Source: Podospora anserina (lineage: Eukaryota). From it: 64,000 nucleotides of DNA. The notes below the pieces were generated by a model. It saw nothing but the letters and a program-made list of their open reading frames with translations, was not told the origin of the DNA and made no database searches. A program made the position numbers and the translations under genes. The DNA lies in the NCBI GenBank assembly GCA_017654855.1, contig CM030333.1, forward strand, positions 1,178,001-1,242,000. The letters run 5' to 3'. Within the stretch, counting starts at the first letter, position 1; every line of letters begins with the position of its first letter. Shown here in pieces: positions 51,601-63,742 of the stretch.

Positions 51601-52529
51601 GCTGCTCGGCTGGTCTGGCGCATTCGCCAAGCTACGCACGGAATTCACTCCTAGTCTCTCCCCCAAGTTCCCAACTCTGCCCAGCACTTACGGACCCGCA
51701 ATCCCACCAGGAGACGAGCACGGGAAGTGGGCGCTGCTATAGGGTTGCTGAGGAGGACCTGTGTCTGCTGCAGTGCGGTCGGCATTCATCTTTTTGGACT
51801 GCTGCTGCTTGTAATAATCTGTGTTTGAAGCAGGTCTTGTCTGTGTGGACCACCAAGGTTCCCCCCCCCCCCCTCCAAAGCTGCGACTCTCCAGGAAACG
51901 TCCCAATAGAGACACTTGCATACGACTGCCACCTCGCCAACCCGGGCTTCACAACGCAAGACAGGCTCTCGCACACACGGGCCACTCCCGCCCCATCCAC
52001 CCCCCAAGAAGCACTCGACCTGGGTCATACATGCTGTGTGTAGGTACCTAGGTCTTGTTCCCCGTACCTGGTACCCACAGATACCGCAGGTACATCACTT
52101 ACAGCGACCACTCACGACTGGTTCGGGTGCGCCTCGCTGCTCTTTGCTGATTGCGCGTGGGACTGGATCTTCCATCGCCTTGCATCTTCTCACACCCATA
52201 CAACCACTCAGTCCTGGGCCCCTGGCCGTCCATTCCCTTATACTTCAAGAACGACACCCCCCTCCCCGGAGTCGACTGGTCCGTATATCTATATCTTCCC
52301 CGCATTTCTAGCCATTGGCATCAACACACATCACAAGCACCATACCCTCGAAGAAAGATGCGACCAAAGGCTTCCCATTTCAGATAGTCCTCCAAGATCT
52401 TTCCTTGCCTGTACCGTGGCCCTCTTCGTCTCCACGTCCACGCCTTTGGGTCGGCAAAGCGGCTGCTCCCTTTCCTAGTGCCTGTCTATTTCCCGGGGTC
52501 TTTTCTATCCTGCAACAATCGTCGAAATC

Positions 52530-55500
52530 ATGTCCGTCTCTACCGATTCACCGCGTCCATTACTGCCCTCCACCTCTTCTCCCATGACTCCCGATCTCCT
52601 CCAGAGCAGGCGTTCTTCACGCCCCAGCCAGGTCCGGACGGACCTGGTCCCTCCATCACATGCCCAGCTCGTCGTTATACCACCATCAGCAGTCAGCAAC
52701 TCGTCCGCCTCCACCATGTGGCCAAGCTCGCAACATGGCTCGCCAACCCAGTCTATGGAGGCTGTTGCCAGTCTCACGACGGCCAGCTCCCTACAGGGCT
52801 CACCAGACTCGCTGGAGCCGGGGCAGGAAAAGGGGCTTGAGCTCGTCACCCCTTTGCAGCTTCCGGAGGCCATTGTCTCGAAGCAGCCCGACCAGACTAC
52901 CACCACATTGTCTCGAAGAACCAGCAACACCTCACTCGGCAGCACCCTGAAGAGCCCCCTTGGAAGCACAACGGCCATGGCTGAGGCTAGCAAGTCGATG
53001 AGCCTGATCCGTCGAACCTCGAGCTCGCTTCGTAATAGGGCCAATGGCCTGTTCCCTCGAAGGGGTTCCTCAACCCATCCAAGGAGCCGGGATGGGAGCG
53101 TTGGTCCCGGTGTCATGCGAAGGAGGGGCAGTATGAGCAATCCCGGTACCCCCTATGACAATATCAGTCCCTTCGAGACTGATTCAGATGATGATGTGGT
53201 ACTCGTGGGCGTCGATGAAGTATTTGGCGGTGATGGGGCCTTCCGAGAACCAAGCCCTCTTGCTTCAACACCATTGGCCGCGAGTTTTGGCTCCGTTCCG
53301 CTCTCCCTCCGCCAAGGGACACCACTGACGAAAATCACCAAAAAGAACAACCGAAAGCGTATCGTTCTGACTCTAGACCCCGATTCGGCCAAAATCTGGT
53401 GGGATCGGACCAAGGCATCCAAGTGTGTCTATGTCGACGACATCAAGGAGATTCGCATGGCGGGAGACATTGGACAGTACTTGCTCGATGCGAAACTCGA
53501 AGAAAAGGACAGGCCCAGGTTCTTCTCCTTGATGTATGCGGTTCCAGGGAAGCCAGGGGTAACAAAGTGGCTACACCTCATCACCGACACAGACAAGGCC
53601 TTCTACGACTGGACCCAGACACTTGGAGCCTTCTCCCAGTACCGGCAAGATTTTGCGGCCAGCCTTATGGCTTTCAATGACGATGCTGTTCGTGTTTATT
53701 GGGACCGGGAGATGGAAAAGCGGTTCGGTGCGGTGCGTTTCAAGGAGGCCGAACAAATCGAATTTGCCGATGTTGAACGTGTGTGCCGAAACCTGCACAT
53801 TCATGCGTCGACCGACTCACTGCGGAAAATCTTCAACACTATCAAGGGCAAGCCCCTGTCGTACTCCCAGAGCAGCAACCCTGGCCTCAACTTTGATGAA
53901 TTTCTTGAATTTGTACGAATGATGAAGGCGCGAGAAGACATCCGCCGCGTATATCAAGAACACACCGCGAGTCAGGAGAGTGGTATGACCAAGCCCGAGT
54001 TCTTGCAGTTCTTGCGACTAGTGCAGTGTGAGAATGTCGACGAGGACTTGGCAACTTGGGAGGCCACATTCGCTCGCTTTGCGCGCAGGGGCAAAGCGAA
54101 GGATGCCGAGTCTCAGGGTGATGCAGGTCTTATCATGTCAGAGGCCGCGTTTGCCAGTTATCTTTCATCTTCTTCCAATGCCGTCATTCCCAAAGCACCA
54201 CAAAAGTACGACCTGAACAGACCAATCAACGAGTACTACATTTCCAGCTCCCACAACACCTACTTGCTCGGTCGTCAAGTAGCAGGCACCTCTAGCGTAG
54301 AGGGCTACATCTCTGCACTGATGGGAGGTTGCCGATGTGTCGAGGTCGATTGCTGGGATGGTGCTGATGATCAGCCCGTCGTCTCGCATGGTCATACGAT
54401 GACCACGCGCATCTCCTTTCTCGAGGTCATCAAGACCATCAACAAGTACGCCTTTGTCAAGTCTCGGTTTCCTCTCTGGATCTCCCTGGAGGTGCGGTGC
54501 AGCCAAGCGACGCAGGTCAACATGGCCAAGATCATGATCGAGATCTTTGGTGACAAGCTGGTGCAAAAGCCTCTCGAGTCCTTCACTGATCGCCTCCCAA
54601 CCCCGTCAGATTTACTGGAGCGTATCCTCATCAAGGTCAAGAAGCCGCAACAGCCCGACCCCGTCGAGCGGGTTGGTCGTAGACGCGGCAACAGCATGCC
54701 TTCGCCTTTCCAACGCCCACTGCCAGACAACGGACCGGTCCCATCCAGTCCCCTCCTGAGTCCCACAGCGATGGCCCGCACCAACCGCATCAACACCATT
54801 ACCGAGGGCAAGGTTCACGACACGCCCAGCAGCAGCCCCAGCGAGTGCGACAGCGAGAGCGAAAAGGATTCGGCAAGAAAGGTGGTCAACAGTAAGATCA
54901 GCCCGGTGCTCGGCGCGCTCGGAGTTTACTGTGTCGGTATCCAATTCGACGGCTTCGACACTCAAGAGGCCAAGTCGTTCAACCACATCTTCTCGTTCAA
55001 AGAGAAGACGTTTGCGGAGAAGAACCAACCTGGCCCATCGAAGCAGGCGCTCTACCGCCATAATATGCGGCACTTGATGCGGGTTTATCCTAATGGTGGG
55101 CGCATCACATCCAGCAACTTCGACCCACTGATCTACTGGAAGCGCGGAGTGCAGATGGCAGCGCTCAACTGGCAGACATTTGACCTCGGCATGCAGCTAA
55201 ACCAGGCCATGTTTGCTGGCGGAACAGACCAGTCAGGTTATGTTCTGAAGCCATTAGAGGGGCGTCAGATCCAGCTCATGCCCAACTTGACCGCTGATGA
55301 ATGCGTGGGCAAACGGCCGCGCAAGAGGGTTTCCTTTGATATTGATGTTATTTCAGCCCAGCAGTTGATGAGGCCGCTCAATCTCGGAGAGAAACGGACG
55401 TTGGATCCCTACGTCGAGGTTGAAGTCTTCCTTGCCGACGACAAGAGAAACAAGAACAATGCCGTCTCCAACGTTACCGTCGAAGAGTCGAAGCGCACCT

Positions 55501-55907
55501 ACCGCTCCAAGTTTGTTCGCGACAATGGCTTCAATCCCGAGTTCAACATGTCGTGCTCGTTCGACCTCACCACCAAATACCCGGACTTGATCTTTGTGAG
55601 GTTCAAGGTCAAGCAGGCCGAATCCAAGGGTTACAATGACAAATCCCCTCCTCTGGCAACCTACACTGCCAAGCTTTCCAACCTCAAGCAAGGCTACCGC
55701 ACAATCCCACTCCTGAACAAGGAAGGCGAACAATTCCTGTTCTCCACTCTCTTCGTCAAGATCCGCAAGGGTCCCGTGGAGGTGTTCATGGCTGATTATC
55801 AGGAAGAGGTACCCAAGAACGGGAACAGACTCAAGAATATTGGCAGGAACGTCTTCAACCAATCCAACACGAGCCCCAAGTCAAGCATGGACAGCGGCCG
55901 TTCCTGA
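52530..55907 (+). CDS. PLC1: Phosphoinositide-specific phospholipase C (PH, EF-hand, X, Y and C2 domains), intronless
   Basis: X box YYISSSHNTYLLGRQ, GCRCVEVDCWDG, HGHTMT; Y box HLMRVYP..RITSSNFDP..YW..GVQMAALNWQTFDLGMQLN; GYVLKP; C2 DPYVEVE, NGFNP, LKQGYRTIPL. Which paralogue it is cannot be determined here. Confidence 0.95.
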   Translation: MSVSTDSPRPLLPSTSSPMTPDLLQSRRSSRPSQVRTDLVPPSHAQLVVIPPSAVSNSSASTMWPSSQHGSPTQSMEAVASLTTASSLQGSPDSLEPGQEKGLELVTPLQLPEAIVSKQPDQTTTTLSRRTSNTSLGSTLKSPLGSTTAMAEASKSMSLIRRTSSSLRNRANGLFPRRGSSTHPRSRDGSVGPGVMRRRGSMSNPGTPYDNISPFETDSDDDVVLVGVDEVFGGDGAFREPSPLASTPLAASFGSVPLSLRQGTPLTKITKKNNRKRIVLTLDPDSAKIWWDRTKASKCVYVDDIKEIRMAGDIGQYLLDAKLEEKDRPRFFSLMYAVPGKPGVTKWLHLITDTDKAFYDWTQTLGAFSQYRQDFAASLMAFNDDAVRVYWDREMEKRFGAVRFKEAEQIEFADVERVCRNLHIHASTDSLRKIFNTIKGKPLSYSQSSNPGLNFDEFLEFVRMMKAREDIRRVYQEHTASQESGMTKPEFLQFLRLVQCENVDEDLATWEATFARFARRGKAKDAESQGDAGLIMSEAAFASYLSSSSNAVIPKAPQKYDLNRPINEYYISSSHNTYLLGRQVAGTSSVEGYISALMGGCRCVEVDCWDGADDQPVVSHGHTMTTRISFLEVIKTINKYAFVKSRFPLWISLEVRCSQATQVNMAKIMIEIFGDKLVQKPLESFTDRLPTPSDLLERILIKVKKPQQPDPVERVGRRRGNSMPSPFQRPLPDNGPVPSSPLLSPTAMARTNRINTITEGKVHDTPSSSPSECDSESEKDSARKVVNSKISPVLGALGVYCVGIQFDGFDTQEAKSFNHIFSFKEKTFAEKNQPGPSKQALYRHNMRHLMRVYPNGGRITSSNFDPLIYWKRGVQMAALNWQTFDLGMQLNQAMFAGGTDQSGYVLKPLEGRQIQLMPNLTADECVGKRPRKRVSFDIDVISAQQLMRPLNLGEKRTLDPYVEVEVFLADDKRNKNNAVSNVTVEESKRTYRSKFVRDNGFNPEFNMSCSFDLTTKYPDLIFVRFKVKQAESKGYNDKSPPLATYTAKLSNLKQGYRTIPLLNKEGEQFLFSTLFVKIRKGPVEVFMADYQEEVPKNGNRLKNIGRNVFNQSNTSPKSSMDSGRS

Positions 55908-58508
55908 GAGCCTTGCACACCCCCTACAGCAACAAAAAAAAAGCTGGACTTTCCACTTCCCCCTTGTATCAATAACAGATTTGAACGGGTTTTCCTTCTG
56001 GCACAGCCATCTGAGCCGCTGTTTTCATCATTTTTCCACACATTTCTGTTTTCTGTTCAGGTTGAATCTATTATGAAATACCCGGTGGCTCATATCATGT
56101 ATCATGGATAAACAGTGTTGGGGTTGGAGAGGTAGCTGTCTTGACAGCATTGTGTTTTATTTTTCTTCAACTTCTTTTTTCATGTGTGCTCTTCCCCCTG
56201 GAGGAGGAATGGTCTAACATGTGAGCACTTTTGGGTCAAGGGAGGGATCATCAATTCACAGGAGCAGGGGTTTGCACGGGACTGGGGGGAGGGAAATATT
56301 TGCATGTATGTTTTGTGTATAAACAATACCCGTTTGACACAAACAAAATATTTGATGAATGTCCTGGAGACGCATGGGTTACAAAATGGGACTGGGGGTT
56401 TTATTCAGATTTATTGTTTTTCTCTTTTTCTTTTGTTTTTTTCTTTTGATACCAAGCATGATACCAAAGCATATTTTGGAAGATAGGGAAATTGGGAAAG
56501 GGAAGGAGGAGGCATATGTGACAAACATGATTTTGAACTTTGGCGGCGCAAAAACCTTTTGAGGAACGGGGGTTGGTTTGGGTGGGTGGGTGGCTAGCTT
56601 AGGTGGTGTTTGTGGTTTTTTTTTTACATTACATAGAGGAAATTCAAAGAGAAGATGAAAGCCAAGAGATGAACAAACATATTTGGACGGAGGTTTTTTT
56701 TTTTTTTTTTTTTTTTGGTGATAGTGGTTGCTATTTTGCTTTGCGGGATTTCGTCTGGGAGTGTAACCTTGAGTGGGCTTGGGTTGTTATAAGGGTGTTG
56801 TGTGCTACGCAGCTGGAACAGAAGAGGTAGCAGGGGTTTTTGGATTCATGATTATGACCGAGGGGAAGGGATATGGCATGGTTTCCATAAGGGCAAGGGG
56901 GTGTGTGTAATCTCTGGGAATTGTGAAATCATTTTCCTTCTAGCTGCTAGTCAGCGCACGAACTTCATTCATTCTTTTTTTTTTCTCCCTGTTTCTTACA
57001 AGTTCTCATCAGCATTCTCAAAAGATTCATAGGGACATACATTTTGAGGAAGGTCATAATTATCAGGGCATGGATGGGACAAACAAACCATGAAAAGAAG
57101 GGTTTACAAACATTGGGGTTGACCATTTGTGTGTATGTGTGTTGTGGGAGAGAGGCAAACTTGATATTTCATGGGTTCATACTACATTGGGGTACTACAT
57201 CACAAGGATTAGGGAAGGAGGCTGTTTGTTTGGGGGAAGTCAGCTGCATAGCATAAGCATCATTATATACTCGGTGAGCGGCTCACGCTGCTGCTGTTAC
57301 TCTACGATACCTACACCCATTCTAATCCGCTGTGAACATGCACCCCCCGACCCAACACACCTTTTATTCAATATGCTCGTAGATGTTTTCTGTGATATTG
57401 TGGTAGGAGGAAATCCTCCGGGGGCGGGGGGGTGGGGAGGGCAAGCCATGATGAAACTGAGATGCCTTCAGGTAACTTGGAAATATACCTCTCTACCTTA
57501 CCTCTGGGATCCACAAAACTCAACTACTACACTCGACTCTCTGCCAAAACCCATTTGTAGCATTTGCCCCCCAGAATAATCTCAGTAGGTGCCTGGCCCA
57601 TTGTCGCGAGTCAATGACAATTGGAAGGTATGCGGTGATGATCAACTTCCATTGTCATCGACTCTCACACAGCCCGCCGTATCCCACCCTATCTAACTAG
57701 GGTACCCAACATTTGCGGTATACACCACGAGCCAAACCACACAAAAAGCCATGTTCAGTCATCAACTGTAGTACTCATATAGCAGCCGCGAAAAATAAGG
57801 GAGCACGACATCAAAGCTACAACTCCCTACCAAAGTCATTGACATCACCACTCTACATTCTCACTCCCTGATACCTACAGCCGCGCTGCTTCCGGACCTG
57901 ACCCCGGCACGCCGGAAAATCACGGGTACGGTAACATCCCTGACAGGGACAGGCAGCAAGGTGTGATTCAGCTATCAGCATCCAGTAACGAAAATTACCA
58001 TAAACTTCAAGCAATTTCTCATCCTGTATCAGATTGATGTGATTGGTGGTAGAGCTGATCAGATGATCGAGATAGGAGTGACCCCTGGTAGAAATCACAT
58101 GTAAACAATCGTGGCCTTTAGTCTTGAGCTGAAGCAATTGTACTGGTGATAGACATGTTGCCATGGACAACTACAAGATGGAGATATTCATCACGGCAGC
58201 AGTAACATAACCTGGTGGGAGTTACTAGACTCAAAGTACATAGTAATTGAGTAAAGTCTCGCTGCATTGCCTTGAGGCACTACGTACATCTAAGAATATC
58301 ATCTATGAGCCTTCGCTATGCATAGCTACCGATGATAGTAGCTAATAGACCTAATGAGATCATAAGCACTCCTCCCCGAGTCTCAAGCATGCATCCCAAG
58401 ATCAACTGTAGAGCCAAACCCAATCAACGCAAACGTCTTTCTCAGTCAAAGCCAAACAATAAAACTCACCGGCGAGCCCCCTCACAGCCATCAACCCACT
58501 TAACGAGA

Positions 58509-59882
58509 TCACCACTGACCCTCCAAAGCATCATTCTTCTTCTCAGCTTTCTCCTCGGTCTTCTCCTCGCCCCAACCATCAACACCCTTGTCCTCCTCAT
58601 CATCCTTCTTGTTACCGAAGGTCTTCTTGGCCTGGGCAGACACAGTATACACAGTCATACCCGCCGACCCCATCTTTGTATCCACCATACCAGCCGTAAA
58701 CTGGCCCATAAAGCGGGCGTAGTCTTCCGACTTGCGGATCTTGCACTTGCTACCCTCGGACTCAGCGTGCTGGGCCAGTGCTGCGTTTGTGTCGAACCAT
58801 TTGGAACACACTGGGCACTGCACTTGGAAACCAGTGGTCGGATGTGTTAGAATGTGGTTTCGGAGACCATTGCTGGTGGGGAACGCCTTGCTAAACAAAG
58901 CGTCACTACATAAGCTTATTAAATTGGGCCGTTTTGACGAGACATACATGCACCTGTCCCTCGGACACCCGTACTTTCTGGTATACTGGTTATAGTACTG
59001 TTTGGGGTCCCAATTGGGGTTGCGAGGATCGTGTCTGTCATAGACCGGTCTCTTCTCAGGCTCTCGCCAATCTTGAGCTTGCGCGGGGGCGCGACGCGCA
59101 GGAGCAACAGCGGGGGTGGTGGCAGGACCAGTGTAGCTCGGGAAGAGCACCTTAATGTCCCCAGCCTCACTTGACTGTTCCGGATGGTCGCTCCCCGGCC
59201 CAGTCAGCAAATCGCCCTTCTGACCCAGCGACATCATCTGGAAGGTGACGGGATCCGGCTTGTGGCTGCTGTCAACCAGAGGACGGAGAGAGGAGAGGGT
59301 GTCGCCCGCGGTCTCGTCCTCCGTTGTGGAAAGATACTGGGTGTAATGGGCAGGACCCTTGTTACTGCCACTCCAAGCGGTGAAAGTGGCAACCTTGTTC
59401 TCATGTTGACCAGGCACCATCTGAAGCTGGCGGGCAAATCTCAAGGCTTTCTCTCGCTCCTCGTGGAATCTCTCATTGGAGATTGTGTTGCATCGGTTCT
59501 TTTCGATGTGATCCACGAAGCCGCTCATGCGAACAAGGGTGGCTTTGCAACCGGGGCAAACCATTTTCTGGTCAATCTGATGGAACTGTATCTAGGACTT
59601 AGCTAAGAGTAACGCGGGCAGTCACCAGAGTCCTTACCTGCTTGTAGTGCATCTCGGCAGCACCCTCGGTGCGGAACATCATCATACATTTCTCGCTGTT
59701 GAGAGAAAGAGGTTAGGGACAAACGGGGAAAACAAGAAGCCATAGACAAACCAGAAGTAGTGTCTGTTTCCCTTCGCATACTCCGTCTTCCAGTGATTGA
59801 TCATCGTCTGCTTGTCATCGAACGAAGCCTTGCAGGTTTGGCAGATAAACTTCGACTCCTCTGGCTTCTCCATCTCGTCCAT
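58509..59882 (-). CDS. Multi-C2H2 zinc-finger protein of unknown function; exons 59882-59752, 59695-59638, 59585-58948, 58890-58509
   Basis: Splicing restores the fingers CQTC..HW, CEKC..HYKQFH, CPGC..HIEKNRC, CPRDRC..HILTH and CPVC..HAESEGSKC. Donors are GTTTGT, GTAAGG and GTATGT. Confidence 0.8.
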
Positions 59883-62800
59883 GGTGTTAGATGACAACAC
59901 CGTGACCGTATAGGTAGAGGAGGAGGCAGAGGAGGAGGAGGAGGATCAGGAGGATGAGGAGGAGGATGATGATGATGATGGAGAGCATAACGAACATGTG
60001 TGGAAGAGAAGGAAGAGTATAAAGAATAAGTTTGTTACGCAATTCCGACCTCAAAAAAGTTGAGACGAGGAAGAGGAAGAAGAGTTCAGTTGGGATGCAA
60101 GTTTCCAGCAGCAGGTAACCTAAATTTCAAAAGACAAAGGGCAAACAGAGTTTGGCTGACCGTGCGATGATTCGACTTCAACTGGCAGGTACATCCTTTT
60201 CACCGGTAGGCCGACGTTTTCCATTTTCAGCCGGTCGGCAATAGTGGACAAATACCTATGAGGAAAGAACGATGATGCCAGTAAAGGCTCCCGCTCCTTC
60301 TCAAAGACCGGAAGCATCAGATATGGCAATTGCGGGCAGACGGGGCTGTACCTTATGATGTCTGGGATCTTGAGTTCTACGAGATCATGGGGAAGATCGG
60401 TCTGATATCATGTGTATATGGAGGCTACTGTACAGGTTCTGTTCTGGCAGTATGCGTAGAGGTCTAATGCCTACCAGGTAGATGAGGTGAGTAAATGTGG
60501 ACAGACTTTCATGATTAATGATCGTATCTGTTGTTGTGTTTGCCCAGCCACTTCAAGCAACCGCAAGGTAAAACAACCATGACAATAACAATAAGTTCGG
60601 CAAACATACAAATCTTCACATTTGACATCAGAGAAGATACAACCGGTCACCTACCTAGGTATGTTTGATCCATCAAGCTGCACACTCCCAACATCTCATC
60701 ACAAGATGCTACTTCCTTCATCTTCACACTCTTCGCTGGCGATATCGCCCCCCATATCCAGATCCAAGCCTCAACCATCATGCCCGAACAATAGCATCCT
60801 CCTCCTCAAAACCAGACATTAAACAAGGCTGTATACCTAGGCCTGTGGATGTGGCTATTCGCAGTCAAGCCATGCAGCATATTTCACCCCTAACCCAGCA
60901 CCTGTGCCCGATACAAACAAGGGGTGTTGTTACTTTAGATCCCAAAACCGATCAAAGATCCACAGATCGACGGATCACCCGCCCTACTCCCTCCTCATCT
61001 CCCTGATCTTCAGAAAGCCTTGCTTCACCCCCCAGCATTGTTGTCGCCAGACATGAAGCAATGCACGATGTGTTGTTTTATTCCTCAAGCTCAGGTGAGC
61101 TGACAGTGGCAAAATCCACACCCACGCCCAAGATCCCTCCCCTCGTGAGCTCCTCTATACGGCAATTGATGGACTACATCACCCCCCTACAGTTCAACCC
61201 CCCTCCCCCCCCCACATATTCTTTGTCACAGTAGGTAGCTTCATGTAAGATTCCTCATCGAAAAAGAAAAATAAGCCTGAAAACACAGTTTAAGGTGCAA
61301 GTAAGGAGAAGTAAGTAAAACACCAGCATTCGAACCACGTATCTCAACTAGTTATCGCCACTTTGGCTCTCATCAATCCCTTTCCCACACCTATGCAATA
61401 TAGGTACATATTCGACCGGTCTATACGTAACATACATTCCCACCACAACCAAAACCCACAATCCTACATACGTCAGATCAATACCCTCCTAACGCAAGCC
61501 CATTACATACGCAGGATCCGGCTCGCCTAACCCAATCCACAAACCCCCCCATGTTATTCCTCATCCTGCCCCTAAAAATGCGCCTTGGCTTGATATTCCC
61601 TTCCAGTCACACATCTGATCCCAGGAAGTGAGTGGTTGTTGTCTCAATGCAATGCACCATGCAATGTGCGTACAATCATACCTACAGTCAGCCAGCCAGC
61701 CAGCCAGCCAGCCAGCTTGCGGCTGGCCAACCAATCCCAGCCTTTTGTTCCAGGAATCCTTCCATTGTGCAGGAAATTGTCCAAAGACATGTCTTCATGT
61801 TCGTTGGAATAAGCCCAAGGAGGGAACCAATATCGGTTCAGAGATCTCTTTCATGAGGTTTATGAGGGAACAATGACGCGGCTCTGCTGTCAGTTTCAGC
61901 AGCCTACTGGAGTTGCTTGCCCAGAAGCAGAAAGATGTCGGGCGGTGTAGCCTCCTCGTATTTACTCTCAGAGCTAAAAAAGCTGATCAAATATCAACAT
62001 GAGAGATCAAAACTTCGGCGAGCGGATACAGTGATATTTTGAAGACATCCTGAGCTCCACCACCCGGGATGTATCACCCAGTTTGTGTCAAGTCCATTGA
62101 GGCTTAAGATGAAAGTGCTGCTGCTGTGGTTCTCTGCGAGGTGATATGGGGCTGGAATCCCGCCGAGCGCTGACCAGCTAATGTAGGAACGGCTGCCCGT
62201 AATCCAGTAATACGAATGCTATTGACAACATGCATCCACGCCCGGCATAAGTAACCAAACAAAAGCCAATGACCAAGAAAAGGCATATCATGAACATTAA
62301 TACCATGGATCAAACAGAAGATCGGCCGTAAATGAACACCGAGATACAAGCTCTAGACCGAAGCACTGATCAGAGGTTTGAGGACAAGGCGAGCTTCATT
62401 GCAACCTATCGCCGGATCAACAGACAGCCTCAAACGCTAAGTCGATGTGGACGATAACCTCTGCGATGAAACGAGAAGATCACCTCGATGCACCCACAAG
62501 CCATGGGCCAAGAGCATGGTTTGAGCCACGAGAACCGGGTGTGGCAATCTTTCCGAAGAACCAGGGAGACGGATCAGCAGATCGCATTTCGTGCAGAAAC
62601 TAAAAGAGACATCCGGGAGATTCTGCCGCCGGGCGGCACCTGACGATGATACACAATTACCGCAGTGTCGTTTGTCGGTTGAGCTACTGCGAAGCTGATA
62701 GGGCTGCAGACAATCCGTGACACTGGGCCCCGTGAATGAGAGCAAGGGTGACATAGCGCCTGGTATGATGGCGCTGAAATGGGCACCCTCCGACCCGGAA

Positions 62801-63250
62801 TCATATGGACTAATTCAAATGAAACACAATGTGTGTTTCTGGAGGAGGCAGAATACCGAGGAAAAACTGCTCAAGGGCAAGTGTGTGGTGGTTTTGGCGT
62901 GAGACGAGGCGAGAAAAAAGTGAGGCGGACGAGGTCAAGCTCTGGGCAACCAGTAGAATGGCACCTTGGAGATTCCGTACATGCAATACTGTGCCTTCCA
63001 CGAGCCTGTAGAAGGATGTCCCTGAATGGCTAGAACCAAGAAGAACACTAGGATGGAAGCGGTACTGTACTTAGTGACATTCTTCTCAAGCCTCCTCGAC
63101 CGTAACCGTGCTTCAACTGACCACCTCAGCCAAGGACCTTGGTTCAACACAGGCATATAAGGACACCAGAGTTCCCGTTGCTTTGACAATGACGATGACA
63201 GGGAGCTCAGTACCTTTTCCCAACATTATCATTATTTCCCGTCGCCCAAA

Positions 63251-63742
63251 ATGTCGTCTTCGCCGCCTGAATCGATGAACAGATACTGGATTCCCAATCT
63301 GGATATCCACAAAAAGGTCATCACTCAGGAGCTTCAGTATTACCTCGGACCCGACGCGAGCGTGAGGCCTTTTACTCGAGAGGTGTGAAAAATGCCCTTC
63401 CGTGAGGTTTGCGACAGGCTGACGAGTGCAAACTTTCAGGGTGAAGATGGCTTCTTGATCACCACACCAGGACCTTGCCTGTCAGATGTGAGCCGCCGAT
63501 TCCACACCAGAGCTCCGATCGAGCCCCAACGTTGACAATGCCCCCAGGAGCAAATAGACGACATATGCGTCAAGTCGAAGCAGCTGTGGGAGAAACAGGC
63601 AGCAGCGCGAGCAGCCGGCAGTTCGAGCAAATCCCTCAAGCGACCTCTTCACGCACCTGTATCACTCGGGAAGTCGGGCGGCACCAGTGAATCGTCCAGT
63701 AGACGGAGAAAGCCCAGAAGCCATCGGGATGACAGACGATGA
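63251..63742 (+). CDS. Small 124-aa protein with an RfeG-like N-terminal domain; exons 63251-63382, 63440-63487, 63548-63742
   Basis: CAAAATG start and two phase-0 introns (GTGTGA..GCTGAC..CAG; GTGAGC..TTGAC..CAG). The product begins MSSSPPESMNRYWIPNLDIHKKVITQELQYYLGPDASVRPFTRE-GEDGFLITTPGPCLSD-EQIDDICVKSKQLWE, resembling the RfeG-family YxIP...I...I..YLG.DA.VRP pattern. Absent from the ORF track. Confidence 0.8.

Noticed and set aside
57853-58170. 105-aa Cys-containing minus-strand ORF
   Set aside because: TTG start, no recognisable family, and it lies in the probable 3' region of the zinc-finger gene.
61873-63100. Series of short ORFs upstream of the RfeG-like gene (pseudogene or edited gene)
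   Set aside because: Stops are mixed TGA/TAA in different frames, and no continuous protein could be reconstructed.
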